This document shows positions 20,544 to 32,369 of a DNA stretch of 64,000 nt, in pieces. The stretch's first letter is position 1; each line of letters opens with the position of its first letter. The notes beneath the pieces are model-generated. The model had not been told where the DNA came from, did not search any database, and saw nothing but the letters and a program-made list of their open reading frames with translations. Position numbers and translations under genes: made by a program. Location: assembly GCA_041937175.2 (NCBI GenBank), contig CP166615.1:320001-384000 (forward strand). Direction: 5' to 3'. Origin of the DNA: Limnothrix sp. BL-A-16 (GTDB lineage Bacteria > Cyanobacteriota > Cyanobacteriia > CACIAM-69d).

Positions 20544-20900
20544 ATGGCAACTGATGCAATCTCAATCCAGAAAATCTACGATCGTCTAACTATCACGCCC
20601 GAACAGCTCAGAGATTTCTGCATTCGGTGGCAGATTGCTGAATTAGCCGTGTTCGGTTCAATTTTGCGAGATGATTTTCGCGATCGTGGAGATTGCATTA
20701 GCGACATTGATTTACTTTACAGCCTAGACCAGTCTTCCAGTCATAACCTTTTCGATATCATGCAGATGCGCGAAGAGCTAGAACATCTTTGCCACCGAAG
20801 AATTGACTTGATTAGCAAACAAGGAATTAAAAATAGTCGCAACTGGCTGCGCCGCCAGGAAATTTTAAATTCAGAGATTATTCTATATGTTCAGAAATAA
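20544..20900 (+). CDS. Minimal nucleotidyltransferase antitoxin (MntA-like), copy 1
   Basis: VFGSILRDDF..SDIDLL..RRIDLI; overlaps the HEPN gene by 14 nt. Confidence 0.9.
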   Translation: MATDAISIQKIYDRLTITPEQLRDFCIRWQIAELAVFGSILRDDFRDRGDCISDIDLLYSLDQSSSHNLFDIMQMREELEHLCHRRIDLISKQGIKNSRNWLRRQEILNSEIILYVQK

Positions 20901-21243
20901 TGTATCCAGAGATGATCAATCTTTACTGGATATTGCCGACTCTATTCAGTTAATCATGGAATACATTCCTAACTGGGATGAGCTCCTAGAATCTATCAAA
21001 AATCAAGATGCTGTTATTCGTCGTCTGATTGTTATTGGCGAGGCGACCAAACGATTATCAATGACGTTTCGCAATGCTCACCCTGATGTTCCTTGGAAAG
21101 AGATGGCAGGTTTAAGAGATGTGATCGTCCATGATTATGATGGTATTGATTTTGAACGACTGAAGCCCATCATTGAGGTCAAGTTACCTGACGTTTTGCA
21201 ACAGATTGAGCCATTACTACCAACGCCCCCTCAAAATTCATAG
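20887..21243 (+). CDS. HEPN/DUF86 toxin (HepT-like), copy 1
   Basis: QDAVIRRLIVIGEATK, PWKEMAGLRDVIVHDY (RX4HXY). Confidence 0.9.
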   Translation: MFRNNVSRDDQSLLDIADSIQLIMEYIPNWDELLESIKNQDAVIRRLIVIGEATKRLSMTFRNAHPDVPWKEMAGLRDVIVHDYDGIDFERLKPIIEVKLPDVLQQIEPLLPTPPQNS

Positions 21244-21302
21244 CCGATTAATGATCTATGTTAGTGTCCCAGTGATCGTCACTAATTCAGAGAGCAAATG
21301 AC

Positions 21303-21659
21303 ATGAAAACTGACACAATCTCAATTCAAGAAGTTTACAATCGCCTAACTATCACGCCCGAACAGCTCAAAGAGTTCTGCATTCGGTGGCAAATTGCTGA
21401 ATTAGCCGTGTTCGGTTCAATTTTGCGAGACGATTTTCGTTTGAATGACGAAATTCCCAGTGATATTGACTTGTTGTTTTCTGATCAAGAAAATGCTCGA
21501 AAAAATCTAATCCTTCAAGTCAAGATGATGTTTGAGCTTGAGGAAATGCTGCATCGAAAAGTGGATCTAATCAGTAAAAAAGCAGTTTTAGATGATCCTA
21601 ATGCTATTCGCCGTCAACATATCCTAGAGTCCGCAAAGGTTATCTATGTCGAGGGATAG
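21303..21659 (+). CDS. Minimal nucleotidyltransferase antitoxin, copy 2
   Basis: VFGSILRDDF..SDIDLL..RKVDLI. Confidence 0.9.
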   Translation: MKTDTISIQEVYNRLTITPEQLKEFCIRWQIAELAVFGSILRDDFRLNDEIPSDIDLLFSDQENARKNLILQVKMMFELEEMLHRKVDLISKKAVLDDPNAIRRQHILESAKVIYVEG

Positions 21660-21984
21660 GGAATCGGTATTCGATATTATTGATTCAATCAATAAAATCC
21701 TGACCTATACATCAGGAATGAAAATGGCTGACTTTATGGCCAACGATGAAAAGCAAGACGCGGTTCTCAGACGTATCCTAGTGATTGGTGAAGCAACAAA
21801 GCGGTTGTCATCTGAATTTTGTCAACGTTATCCAGAAATTCCTTGGAAAGAAATTGCAGGAACTCGAGACATCATTGTTCACGACTATCATCGTGTTGAC
21901 GCTGAAAGAATCTGGGATGTCGTGCAAAGTGACTTGCCGAATTTGCTGAATGTTTTGACTTCAGTAGATCAAAAGCTGCAATGA
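21646..21984 (+). CDS. HEPN/DUF86 toxin, copy 2
   Basis: QDAVLRRILVIGEATK, PWKEIAGTRDIIVHDY. Confidence 0.9.
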   Translation: MSRDRESVFDIIDSINKILTYTSGMKMADFMANDEKQDAVLRRILVIGEATKRLSSEFCQRYPEIPWKEIAGTRDIIVHDYHRVDAERIWDVVQSDLPNLLNVLTSVDQKLQ

Positions 21985-21998
21985 ATAGACTGGTCTTA

Positions 21999-22141
21999 GG
22001 GGCTGTCATCAAACTCCCGAAACTCTGATCCTTGCGTTACGGGATCGTAGGGGGCAAGGGGCTTAAGCCCCTTGTCTAGGGTAGTTGAGCTGTGACAATT
22101 AGTCATTTCAGCTTCAACCAACTTCATTGGATGATACACCC
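21999..22141 (+). mobile_element. Family A MITE-like element
   Basis: TA|GGGGCTGTCATC...GATGATACACCC|TA; palindrome at 22055. Confidence 0.85.
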
Positions 22142-22177
22142 TAAGATTTCAGACTATTCATACTTGGAAACTGGCAT

Positions 22178-22206
22178 AAAAAATGGGCTGGCAATTGCCA
22201 GCCCGT
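22178..22206 (-). terminator. Intrinsic terminator after the permease gene
   Basis: Minus strand ACGGGCTGGC-AATT-GCCAGCCCAT followed by a T-run. Confidence 0.75.
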
Positions 22207-22240
22207 ATTCTACTCATGACTTTGAAGTTGGTAGACAAAC

Positions 22241-23620
22241 TTAGGACTGACCCGGTAGCAAAAACCGAATCATCATATACAAAGAAGCCGCAACGAGTTG
22301 GGCTAGCATCACCGGAATTCCATACTTCAAAAAGCGGTGAAAGGAAATACTTTTGCCGTGTAATTCAGCAATTCCAGCCGCCACAATGTTAGAAGAAGCA
22401 CCAACGAGGGTTCCATTTCCTCCCAGGGTTGCGCCATACATCATGGCGTAGAACAGGGGCAAAACTTGTGGCGGAAAGCTGCCGGAATAATCCTGCGCCA
22501 AAATTTCTGGCCCAGCCATCCCTACATTCACCACATATTCCTTGAGCAGGGGAACCATTGCCACGACTAAAGGAATATTGGGGACAACGCTGGATACCAA
22601 GCCCACAAAGAAAATGAGGGCGATCGAACCCAAGAAAATATTGGTTCCGAGGATGGCTGACAAGGCTCCTGACAAGAGACTGACCACACCGGTCTTTTGC
22701 AGACCACCGATCAGCACAAAAATGGACATGAAAAACAGCAATGTGCTCCAATCCACATCTCGCAAAATGTTGTTGACGGTGTCAATTTTGCTGTGATGAG
22801 CGAGCAGCAGGGCTAGGGCAGCACCGAGGAGGGCAACGGCGGCGGGAGAAACCGGAATGGGCAATGACTCACCAATCACAAAAAAGACCAACACAAGCAG
22901 CACGATCAGACCACCAAAGGCTAATGTGCGCGGATGATTAATTTTGGGGTGGGGCAGGTCATTCAAATTTTTCAGCTCTTTCTTCCAAGTGGTTCGGAAC
23001 AAAATAGGAAGCAGCAAAATAATCACCCCGATCGCCATAGCTCCCCCTAGGCTGAGGCGAGTTAGGTATTCGGTGAAGGTTAAATTCACCGCGTCCCCAA
23101 CAATGTAGGTGGCTGGATCACCCACAATGGTTAAAAGGCCAGCACTGTTAGCCACAAAAACCATCAGAATCAGAAGGGGCACGAAATCTACGCCCACTTC
23201 TTCTGCCAACGGGGGAATTAAAGGAGCCAACAACATGACTGTGGTGGCGTTTGGCAAAACAGCACAAATGGGCGTTGTGATGCCCACAATTCCTAACAGC
23301 AGATTTTTGCCTTTTCCTTGGGCTAAAATCACCATTTGGGTGGCTAAGTAGTCAAAAACTTTGGTGGGTTCAAAGGCTCGCACCAAAATCATCACCCCTA
23401 AGAATAGGGCGAGGGTTCCGTGGCTTTGGCTGATGTACCCGATCGCCTCTTTCAAGGTCATCACGTGGGCAAACACCAACACCAGTGCTCCCAAAAAGGC
23501 TGCAACCGTGAGGTGAATCCATTCCGTCATGATTACCACGATGACGGTGATGAAGACAATTCCAGCAATCCAAGCGTCTAGGTTTCCGATTTGCTCTAGC
23601 ATGTTCGATTCTCCTTCCAT
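22241..23620 (-). CDS. ArsB/NhaD/SLC13-type anion permease
   Basis: About 12 TM; PNATTVMLL, ANSAGLLTIVGDP, VDWSTLLFF, GATLGGNGTLVGASSN; start may be 23602. Confidence 0.88.
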   Translation of the reverse strand: MEGESNMLEQIGNLDAWIAGIVFITVIVVIMTEWIHLTVAAFLGALVLVFAHVMTLKEAIGYISQSHGTLALFLGVMILVRAFEPTKVFDYLATQMVILAQGKGKNLLLGIVGITTPICAVLPNATTVMLLAPLIPPLAEEVGVDFVPLLILMVFVANSAGLLTIVGDPATYIVGDAVNLTFTEYLTRLSLGGAMAIGVIILLLPILFRTTWKKELKNLNDLPHPKINHPRTLAFGGLIVLLVLVFFVIGESLPIPVSPAAVALLGAALALLLAHHSKIDTVNNILRDVDWSTLLFFMSIFVLIGGLQKTGVVSLLSGALSAILGTNIFLGSIALIFFVGLVSSVVPNIPLVVAMVPLLKEYVVNVGMAGPEILAQDYSGSFPPQVLPLFYAMMYGATLGGNGTLVGASSNIVAAGIAELHGKSISFHRFLKYGIPVMLAQLVAASLYMMIRFLLPGQS

Positions 23621-23899
23621 TGGCTGACGAGGTTAGCTGACGGGCTAGGCTTGGAAGTAGCCTTCTTGCAGCACAAGATTCGCCCCAAAGTTTAGGCTGG
23701 TTCCCCCGCTCGATCGCCCTGCTTCAATTGAACTTAAAGACCAGAGCCGATCGATTAAGCGTTGACTACGAGATAGTGAAAGTTACAATTTGTCCATGTC
23801 ATTTATCAATGACATAAACCGACTTAATCCAATCAAGTGTCTACTCAAAAAAATCCAACCTTGGTCTAATTGCCCTTCAGCTCAAAAACGCCTGCCTTA

Positions 23900-24029
23900 G
23901 AGGATGTTTAAAAAGTATTCTTTGGCACAGGCAAGCACCAATAGTCGTGGGGACAAGGGGCTTGAGCATCTTGTCTAAGTCGATCACTGGGGCGTACAGA
24001 GTAGCAATTTGGGCTTTTCAGACATCCTC
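23900..24029 (+). mobile_element. Family B MITE-like element
   Basis: TTA|GAGGATGTTTAAAAAG...CTTTTCAGACATCCTC|TTA; degenerate palindrome at 23954. Confidence 0.85.
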
Positions 24030-24439
24030 TTAAGGTTGGCTAGCCATGACTGATGAATTTTCTTGACGGATTGCCAAAAAATTCCTTCATTTTGCTATTG
24101 ATTTTGCAGTCACCAAAACCAATAGCTCTAGGCACGTCATTCTAGGCATGAAGGCAATGCATGAAGACTCAGGTGAAATCAGCCTAAAGACTTTGGGCAA
24201 CTGATAGATTTTGATGAATTTCTTTTGAGTTGGCTCGATGGATTCAACCCTGTGTCATGGATCACAGGTTGTTTGGACAGACTGCCGTTTGACGCTAGCA
24301 TGGATAACTTGGGTGGGTCAATCAAGGGGCGATCGCCTAGGATTTGGCTCTAGGTACAATTCCCAAGTTCCGGTACTGTGAATAAACGAGTCAAACTCAC
24401 CGCAAATTGAGTCACCAAATCGCCGTTAGACCCTGAGCA

Positions 24440-25417
24440 ATGGATATCAAAAATGGATTCGTCGGGACAGTTGGTAATACTCCGCTGATCCGGCTCAACA
24501 GCTTTAGTGAAGCAACCGGCTGCGAAATCCTGGGTAAAGCGGAATTTTTGAACCCTGGTGGGTCGGTTAAAGATCGGGCGGCCCTTTACATTATTGAAGA
24601 TGCGGAACGGCGCGGGTTGTTGCAACCCGGTGGCACGGTGGTGGAAGGCACGGCGGGCAATACGGGCATTGGACTGGCCCACATCTGCAACGCCAAGGGC
24701 TACAAGTGCCTGATCGTGATTCCAGATACCCAGTCCCAGGAAAAAATCGACCTGCTGCGGACGCTGGGGGCGGAGGTGAAGACCGTGCCCGCCGTGCCCT
24801 ACCGCGATCCGAATAACTATGTGAAGCTGTCGGGTCGGCTAGCGGCGGAAATTCCGAACGCCATTTGGGCCAATCAGTTCGACAATTTGGCGAATCGCCA
24901 GTCCCACTACGAAACGACGGGGCCAGAAATTTGGGCTCAAACCGATGGCACGGTGGACGCTTGGGTGGCAGCGACAGGCACGGGCGGCACCTATGCCGGG
25001 GTCGCAATGTTCCTCAAGGAAAAAAATCCCCAGGCGCAAATGGTGCTGGCAGACCCGATGGGCAGTGCACTTTATAGCTATGCGAAAACCGGGGAGCTGA
25101 CGATGGAAGGCAGCTCGATCACCGAAGGCATCGGCAATTCGCGGGTGACGGCAAATATGGAGGGCGTGCCGATCGATGATGCGATGCGGGTGACGGATCC
25201 GGAGGCGTTGGCGGTGCTGGCTCAGTTGATGAAGCAGGAGGGGCTGTTTATGGGTGGCTCCGTGGGCATCAATGTGGGGGCGGCGGTGAAGCTGGCGGAA
25301 AAACTGGGACCGGGCCACACGATCGTCACGGTGCTGTGCGATGGCGGGTCGCGCTATCAGTCGCGGCTGTATAACGCGGAATGGTTGGCCAGCAAGGGGC
25401 TGGTGATGCCGGATTGA
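24440..25417 (+). CDS. cysK: Cysteine synthase
   Basis: GNTPL, KAEFLNPGGSVKDRAA (PLP Lys), EGTAGNTGIGLA, GTGGT. Confidence 0.93.
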   Translation: MDIKNGFVGTVGNTPLIRLNSFSEATGCEILGKAEFLNPGGSVKDRAALYIIEDAERRGLLQPGGTVVEGTAGNTGIGLAHICNAKGYKCLIVIPDTQSQEKIDLLRTLGAEVKTVPAVPYRDPNNYVKLSGRLAAEIPNAIWANQFDNLANRQSHYETTGPEIWAQTDGTVDAWVAATGTGGTYAGVAMFLKEKNPQAQMVLADPMGSALYSYAKTGELTMEGSSITEGIGNSRVTANMEGVPIDDAMRVTDPEALAVLAQLMKQEGLFMGGSVGINVGAAVKLAEKLGPGHTIVTVLCDGGSRYQSRLYNAEWLASKGLVMPD

Positions 25418-25457
25418 TGCGGGTTAGATCTCTGAAGCCGGAGTCGATCGAACCGGA

Positions 25458-25481
25458 GGGCGCACCGCCGTGCGCCCCTAC
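25458..25481 (-). repeat. GTAG-class REP (GTAGGGGCGCA...TGCGCCC)
   Basis: GGGCGCACCGCCGTGCGCCCCTAC; same family as 26232-26347. Confidence 0.75.
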
Positions 25482-25593
25482 GGGGGATGGGGGCGATCGC
25501 GGGATCTAAGGGTGCGTACCCGGCGCGGTAGGATAGGGAGTCGCAATTTTTGTTGCCATTCGTTTGCTTCGTCCTGTCGCTCCATCCGCCGCC

Positions 25594-26196
25594 ATGACCG
25601 TTACCGCTGGGAACTGGGCCGCCACTGCCGGTGAGGCTGAATTGCGCGATCGCCTGTTGGATTTGCTGTGCGATCGCGCCTATCGGGAAGGGGATTTCAC
25701 CCTGTCTTCGGGCCAAAAAAGCACCTACTACATCAACTGTAAACCAGTGACGCTGCATCCCGAGGGGGCGCTGGCCCTGGGGCGGTTGCTGTTGGGGCAA
25801 GTGCCGACGGGGGCGGCGGCGGTGGCCGGTTTGACCTTGGGGGCGGATCCGTTGGTGTCGGCGGTGAGTGTGGTATCGGCGCTGGAAAACCGCCCGATCG
25901 CTGCTCTGATTATCCGCAAGGAAGCCAAGGGCCACGGCACGATGGCCTACATCGAAGGGCCGGCCCTGGAGCCGGGTTCCGAGGTGGTGGTGCTCGAAGA
26001 TGTGGTGACGACGGGCGGGTCGGCTCTGAAGGCGGTCGATCGCCTGCGGGAAGCGGGCTACCGGGTCGATCGGGTTTTGTCCGTGGTCGATCGGCATCAG
26101 GGCGGCGCGGAACTCTACGCGCGACATGGTTTGGCCTTTGAGGCGCTGTTCTCGATCGCCGATGTGCAGGCCCACTACGCGGCGCGATCGGCTTAA
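25594..26196 (+). CDS. pyrE: Orotate phosphoribosyltransferase
   Basis: GDFTLSSG..STYY, GLTLGADP, IRKEAKGHG, VVVLEDVVTTGGS PRPP motif. Confidence 0.95.
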   Translation: MTVTAGNWAATAGEAELRDRLLDLLCDRAYREGDFTLSSGQKSTYYINCKPVTLHPEGALALGRLLLGQVPTGAAAVAGLTLGADPLVSAVSVVSALENRPIAALIIRKEAKGHGTMAYIEGPALEPGSEVVVLEDVVTTGGSALKAVDRLREAGYRVDRVLSVVDRHQGGAELYARHGLAFEALFSIADVQAHYAARSA

Positions 26197-26231
26197 CCCG
26201 CACTGTCATTGCCCCTTGGATCGATCGACCT

Positions 26232-26347
26232 GTAGGGGCGCACCGCGTGCGCCCAGATCTGCCCAAATCGATCGAACCGGAGGGCGCAAGGCGTTGTGTC
26301 TCGCCCAAATCGATCGAACCGGAGGGCGCAAGGCGTTGCGCCCCTAC
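26232..26347. repeat. REPIN-like cluster of three GTAGGGGCGCA-family REPs with a 42-bp internal duplication
   Basis: GTAGGGGCGCACCGCGTGCGCCC ... (CCCAAATCGATCGAACCGGAGGGCGCAAGGCGTTG)x2 ... CGCCCCTAC. Confidence 0.8.
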
Positions 26348-26371
26348 CATGTCCAAAATTTATTGTCTTAA

Positions 26372-27145
<774 letters not shown>

Positions 27146-27159
27146 GGGCGATCGCCTAC

Positions 27160-27205
27160 CAGCCATTGCAGACAAGGGGCTTAAGCCCCTTGTCTGCAAT
27201 GGCTG
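27160..27205. repeat. Perfect 46-bp palindrome centred on the recurrent hairpin
   Basis: CAGCCATTGCAGACAAGGGGCTTAAGCCCCTTGTCTGCAATGGCTG equals its own reverse complement. Confidence 0.92.
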
Positions 27206-27232
27206 CGAACGGCAGTCCGCTTTGGAGCACCT

Positions 27233-29374
27233 ATGGTCATGAGAGCCACGCGCTGGGCGATCGCCCCGGAAGATGCCGATCGCGCCGCTGAGATTGCGGC
27301 GGCCACGGGCCTGTCACCGTTGTTGGCCCAGGTGCTGATCAACCGGGGCATCGATACGCCGGAGCTGGCCGAGCTGTTTCTCGATCCGGATTTGGCGGAA
27401 CTGCCCAGCCCGATCGATGAGTTTTCCGACCTGGCCCCGGCGCTGGATCTGTTGGCGGAGGCGATCGAACGGGGCGATCGGCTCGGGATTTGTGGCGACT
27501 ACGACGCGGACGGCATGACCAGCACCGCCCTGCTGATCCGCGCCTTTCGCCATCTGGGAGCCGATGTGACCGCCTCGATTCCCAGCCGGATGACCGACGG
27601 CTACGGGATTAACCAGCGGATTGTGGAGGAATTTCACCAAAACGGGATCAGCCTGATCCTGACGGTGGATAACGGGATCGCCGCCTACGAGCCGATCGCC
27701 CGGGCCCGGGAGCTGGGGCTAACCGTGATCCTCACCGATCACCACGACGTACCGCCCAAAATTCCGCCCGCCAACGCGATCCTGAACCCGAAATTAATCG
27801 ATCCGGCCTCGCCCTACGCCGGATTGGCCGGAGTGGGCGTGGCCTACGTGTTAGCCGTGGCCCTGGCCCAGCGGATGGAGCGATCGGCCCCGTGGAAATC
27901 CCTGTTGCAACTGTTCACCCTCGGGACGATCGCTGATCTTGCGCCCCTGACCGGCGTAAATCGGCGCTGGGTGAAGCGGGGCCTCAGTTTGCTGCCCTTT
28001 TCCACGGTTCCCGGGATTCGCGCCCTGCAACAGGTGGCGGGAATTAACGTGGCCGGCGATGGGCAACCGGACGGCAACGCCACGGCCAGCACCAGCAAAG
28101 GCCCCCTGAAACCGGAGGCGATCGGCTTTCGGCTCGGGCCACGGATCAACGCCGTGGGGCGGATCCATCAGCCGGACGTGGTGATCGACTTGCTGACCAC
28201 CGATGACGACGGTGAGGCCCTGGAGCGGGCCATGCAGTGCGAGGAAATTAACCACAAGCGCCAGCAAATCTGCAACCAAATTGAGCAGGAAGCCCACGCC
28301 TGGGTGCAGGCCAGCGATCTGGATCTGAAGGCGGCGCGGGTGATGCTGGTGGTGCAGCCGGATTGGCATCACGGGACGATCGGGATTGTCGCTTCCCGGC
28401 TGGTGGAACGCTACGGCGCGCCCGTGTTCATCGGCACTTACGAAGAGGACAACCCTGAGCAGGTGCGTGGTTCCGCCCGCAGCATCCCGGAATTCAACGT
28501 GTTTGAAGCCCTGGAATATTGCAAAGACCTGCTGACCAAGCATGGCGGCCACCGGGCGGCGGGCGGTTTTTCGCTCCCGGCGGCGAATTTGCCTGCCTTT
28601 GAAGCACGGTTGCGGGAATTTGCCCAAACCTGCCTCAAACCGGAGCATATTTGCCCGCTGGTGCAGCCCGATGTGCGGGCCAGCCTGAGCGAGCTGGATG
28701 GGGAACTGTACGAACAAATCGATATGCTGCACCCCTGCGGCATCGGCAACCCGGATCCGGTGTTTTGGTCGCCGGGATTGCAGGTTCTGGGCCAGCGGCA
28801 GTTGGGCCAAGATCGCAAGCACTTGCGGATCACGGTGTCCGATGGGACGGCCCAAATCGAGGCGATCGCCTGGCGTTGGGGGGATGCGTTCCCGTTGCCG
28901 CCCGTGGTGGATGTGGCCTATCAGCTCAAGGAAAACCACTGGAACGGTGCGGTGAATTTGGAACTAGACGTGGTGGCGATCCGGCCCGCTGTAGCTGGCA
29001 GTGCCCCGGTGCGATCGCCCGTCCTAGCCGATCGCCCAGCCACCTACGATCCAGCCGCCACCCCGATCGCAGACAAGGGGCTTAAGCCCCTTGCCCCCAG
29101 CACCCCCAAACGGGCCAGCTTTACTTTCCGCGATCGCCCCTACAACTGCGCCTGGGGCGATCGGGATGGCCAGCCGGAACTCCGAATTCGCAACCCCGAG
29201 GGCAAAGTGCTGGCCCTCGTCGATGGCGAATCTACCGGACTGCTGGGCCCCAGTCGGGAAACCGCCGAGCCGGTGGATCTGAACCATCCCTTTTTTCGAT
29301 CGCTGATCGCCGCTGCCAAAGTGGCCCTAACTGGGGCTGATCCCGCTAATTCAGGCCTAACTGGGGCCGAATGA
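27233..29374 (+). CDS. recJ: ssDNA-specific exonuclease RecJ with C-terminal extension
   Basis: [43 protein letters not shown]. Confidence 0.95.
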   Translation: MVMRATRWAIAPEDADRAAEIAAATGLSPLLAQVLINRGIDTPELAELFLDPDLAELPSPIDEFSDLAPALDLLAEAIERGDRLGICGDYDADGMTSTALLIRAFRHLGADVTASIPSRMTDGYGINQRIVEEFHQNGISLILTVDNGIAAYEPIARARELGLTVILTDHHDVPPKIPPANAILNPKLIDPASPYAGLAGVGVAYVLAVALAQRMERSAPWKSLLQLFTLGTIADLAPLTGVNRRWVKRGLSLLPFSTVPGIRALQQVAGINVAGDGQPDGNATASTSKGPLKPEAIGFRLGPRINAVGRIHQPDVVIDLLTTDDDGEALERAMQCEEINHKRQQICNQIEQEAHAWVQASDLDLKAARVMLVVQPDWHHGTIGIVASRLVERYGAPVFIGTYEEDNPEQVRGSARSIPEFNVFEALEYCKDLLTKHGGHRAAGGFSLPAANLPAFEARLREFAQTCLKPEHICPLVQPDVRASLSELDGELYEQIDMLHPCGIGNPDPVFWSPGLQVLGQRQLGQDRKHLRITVSDGTAQIEAIAWRWGDAFPLPPVVDVAYQLKENHWNGAVNLELDVVAIRPAVAGSAPVRSPVLADRPATYDPAATPIADKGLKPLAPSTPKRASFTFRDRPYNCAWGDRDGQPELRIRNPEGKVLALVDGESTGLLGPSRETAEPVDLNHPFFRSLIAAAKVALTGADPANSGLTGAE

Positions 29375-32369
29375 CCGACAGCACCCGATCGCCCCTTAAC
29401 AATTCCTCCGCCGCGGCCGCCTGCATGGGTTTGGCAAACAAAAAGCCCTGGCCATAGTCACAGCCCAACTGTTCCAGACATTGCAACTGCTCCGGGGTTT
29501 CAATGCCCTCGGCCACCGTGTGAATGTTCAAACTGCGGGCTAAATTGACGATCGTCCGCACAATGGCGGCGCTGTCGTCTGAGTAGGGCAGATCCTTCAC
29601 GAAGGAGCGATCGACCTTCAGGGCATTGATCGGGAACTGCTGCAATCGGCTGAGGGAAGAATAGCCCGTGCCGAAGTCATCAATGCAGGATTGCACCCCC
29701 AACGCTTTGAGCCGTGCCAGCTTATCCACCACCGAATCGACCCGCTCGGCGATCACACTTTCGGTCACCTCAATGCGCAAACAGGCCGGCGGCAAGCCCG
29801 TTTCCATCAGGGTTCGCTCAATCTGCTGCACCAAATTCGCTTGGGCAAACTGTCGCCCCGCAATGTTGACGCTAATGGAGAGGGGGAGATGGCTATGATC
29901 CCGATGCCAGCGCGATCGCCACTGTTGCAGTTGGGCGCAGGCCGCCGCCAACACCCATTCCCCCAAATGCACAATCAAATCCGTTTCTTCTGCGGCCGCC
30001 ACCATCACGGACGGCGAGATCCAACCCTGTTGGGGGTGGTTCCAGCGCACCAGGGCCTCAAAGCCCACCAACCGTAGATCTTGAATTCGGACGATCGGTT
30101 GGAAATAAACCTCTAAACCGTTGTTGCTGAGGGCTTGGCGCAAATCGCTTTCAATTTGCAACTGCGTGAGGGTGCTGTGGTGCAACATTGGCTCAAAGAC
30201 TTGGGAACAGGCCTTGCCGTTGGCCTTGGCGCGATACATGGCAATATCCGCATCACGCATGAGGTTTTGCCAGTTGGCGTAGGGCTGTTGGGTGGCGGGA
30301 TCCTGGCTGAGGGCCACGCCAATGCTGGCGCTGGTGTAGAAGTCATGGCCATGGATATGAAAGGGCTGTTTCAGGTGTTCCTGCACCCGATCGGCCACCC
30401 AAAGGGCCTCCTCACTCGTGCCCACATCGTCCAAAATGACGGCAAACTCATCGCCCCCCAGCCGGGCCACGGTGTCGTTGCACCGCAGACAACTTTGCAG
30501 GCGGCGGCCAATTTGCACCAATAGTTCATCGCCTGCATGGTGTCCCAGGCTGTCGTTGACCACTTTGAACCGATCGAGATCCACATACAACACCCCAAAC
30601 ATCCGATTGGCGTGGCGTTGGGATTGGCTGAGGCAAACTTTCAGCCGATCGACAAATAAGTTTCGATTGGGCAGCCCCGTCAAGGCATCGTAGAACGCGT
30701 TGTAGGTTAACTGTTCTTCCGCCTGTTTGCGGGCGCTGATATCTTCAACCAAGGCCAGGGTGTAGGGTTGTGCGTCGCTCGCCGATTGCACCAGGGAAAC
30801 GGTCACATTCACCCACTGGAGCTGACCATCCTTGCGCAGGTAGCGTTTTTCCAGAGAAAAGGAGGAAATATCGCCTCGCCACAGTCGCTGGGATTGTTTG
30901 AGGTTTTCGGCCAAGTCGCCGGGATAGGTCAAATCCTGGAAGGTTTGCTGCAACAGTTCTGCTTCCTCGTAGCCCAGGAGGTTGCAGAACCGTTGATTGA
31001 CATGTAAATAGCGACCATTGGGATCAATTTGGCAAATCCCGATCGCGGCCTGTTCCACAATGGCCCGAAACCGTTCTTCGCTTTCTCGGAGGGCTGCTTC
31101 TGAGCGCTTACGTTTGTCAATGTCGGTAATGGATCCCACCATCCTTTGCACTTGTCCCCGACGATCCCACTGGGCTTGGCCCCGGGCCGAAATCCATTTG
31201 TATTGACCATCGCGACATCGCAACCGATATTCCATGGAATATTCGTCGGTTTTGCGGTTGACATAATCGTCAAAGCTCCGCAGAACCCGACCCAAATCAT
31301 CGGGATGCACTCTGGAAATCCATTCCGCTCGACGGTTACCAATTTCATCGGCTTGATAGCCCAACATGGATTTCCAGCGGCTGGAGTAGACCACCTCATC
31401 GGACTTGGGGTTCCAATCCCAAATGCCGTCATTGTTGCCCTGGAGCACCAGTTGCCAACGGTCTTCGCTGGATTGTGCCCGATCGGCCAAGCGGGCGGGC
31501 AACTGCATCCAACGATGGATTTGCACACCGGCAATGATCGCCAAGCCACAGCCGGTTAACCAAGTCCAGAGCGATCGACGGGAGTACAGCACCCAACCAT
31601 CCCGGGGCAGGGCCGCCAATTCCCAATGGCTGTTGCCCACTTGCAGGAACGATCGCACCGGTTGCTGGCGAGCCAAAATTAGTTCCCCAAATTGCCGCTC
31701 CAGTGCTTGGCCCCGCACCCACACGGCCAGATGCACCGACGATTGGCGATTGGCGCGCAAATCTTCCACCACTTGGTTGACCTTGATCGCCACTTGTACC
31801 TGGATGGGGGGTTGACTCGATGGGGTCAACTGGTGAATGGGCATGGTGGTGTTAATGAGCAGCAGAGGCCGGGGGCGATCGAACTGGAGACGGGGAAGGC
31901 AAACGGGATTTAAATCCCAGGGTAAATCCGTGGCTAATGTCCAAGAGGGGGCCCGCGATCGACCTGCCGCGATCGGCTGGGGCGGACAATCGACTGAAGC
32001 GGGAACTCGGGGGCTAATTTCGGTGGGGGGCAACGGGGGGTAGCGGTATACAACCCGCGGCCCCTGCACCACCTGCACCGCTTGGATGGCCGGGTCATCG
32101 GCAATGATTGACCCGGCAAAGGCGTTGAATGCGGCGGTGTTGAGCCGCCCTTCGGTGGCAATGTAGGTGGCGAGGCTGTAGCCCAGCATGGCCCGCACCT
32201 TCAGGTTGCTTTGAATTTGGGTTTCCAGGGCCGTCAGTTCCGCCGAAATGCGCGATCGCCGATCGTATAAACGGCGATCGCGATCGGCCTGATCAAATAG
32301 CCAAGTGCCGGCCAAAATCGCAACAACAGTTCCGCTCGCAACGATCGTGGGTAGCCAAGGCATCTTCAT
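29346..32369 (-). CDS. Membrane sensor diguanylate cyclase/phosphodiesterase (periplasmic domain, 2 PAS, GGDEF, EAL)
   Basis: Two TM flanking a CHASE-like region, two [33 protein letters not shown]; start inferred at MKMPW. Confidence 0.92.
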   Translation of the reverse strand: MKMPWLPTIVASGTVVAILAGTWLFDQADRDRRLYDRRSRISAELTALETQIQSNLKVRAMLGYSLATYIATEGRLNTAAFNAFAGSIIADDPAIQAVQVVQGPRVVYRYPPLPPTEISPRVPASVDCPPQPIAAGRSRAPSWTLATDLPWDLNPVCLPRLQFDRPRPLLLINTTMPIHQLTPSSQPPIQVQVAIKVNQVVEDLRANRQSSVHLAVWVRGQALERQFGELILARQQPVRSFLQVGNSHWELAALPRDGWVLYSRRSLWTWLTGCGLAIIAGVQIHRWMQLPARLADRAQSSEDRWQLVLQGNNDGIWDWNPKSDEVVYSSRWKSMLGYQADEIGNRRAEWISRVHPDDLGRVLRSFDDYVNRKTDEYSMEYRLRCRDGQYKWISARGQAQWDRRGQVQRMVGSITDIDKRKRSEAALRESEERFRAIVEQAAIGICQIDPNGRYLHVNQRFCNLLGYEEAELLQQTFQDLTYPGDLAENLKQSQRLWRGDISSFSLEKRYLRKDGQLQWVNVTVSLVQSASDAQPYTLALVEDISARKQAEEQLTYNAFYDALTGLPNRNLFVDRLKVCLSQSQRHANRMFGVLYVDLDRFKVVNDSLGHHAGDELLVQIGRRLQSCLRCNDTVARLGGDEFAVILDDVGTSEEALWVADRVQEHLKQPFHIHGHDFYTSASIGVALSQDPATQQPYANWQNLMRDADIAMYRAKANGKACSQVFEPMLHHSTLTQLQIESDLRQALSNNGLEVYFQPIVRIQDLRLVGFEALVRWNHPQQGWISPSVMVAAAEETDLIVHLGEWVLAAACAQLQQWRSRWHRDHSHLPLSISVNIAGRQFAQANLVQQIERTLMETGLPPACLRIEVTESVIAERVDSVVDKLARLKALGVQSCIDDFGTGYSSLSRLQQFPINALKVDRSFVKDLPYSDDSAAIVRTIVNLARSLNIHTVAEGIETPEQLQCLEQLGCDYGQGFLFAKPMQAAAAEELLRGDRVLSVIRPQLGLN

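Noticed and set aside
27851..28939. Long antisense ORFs (also 25357-26175, 26360-27199, 14008-14748, 38042-38767)
   Set aside because: They lie opposite well-identified genes and are expected from GC-rich codon bias.
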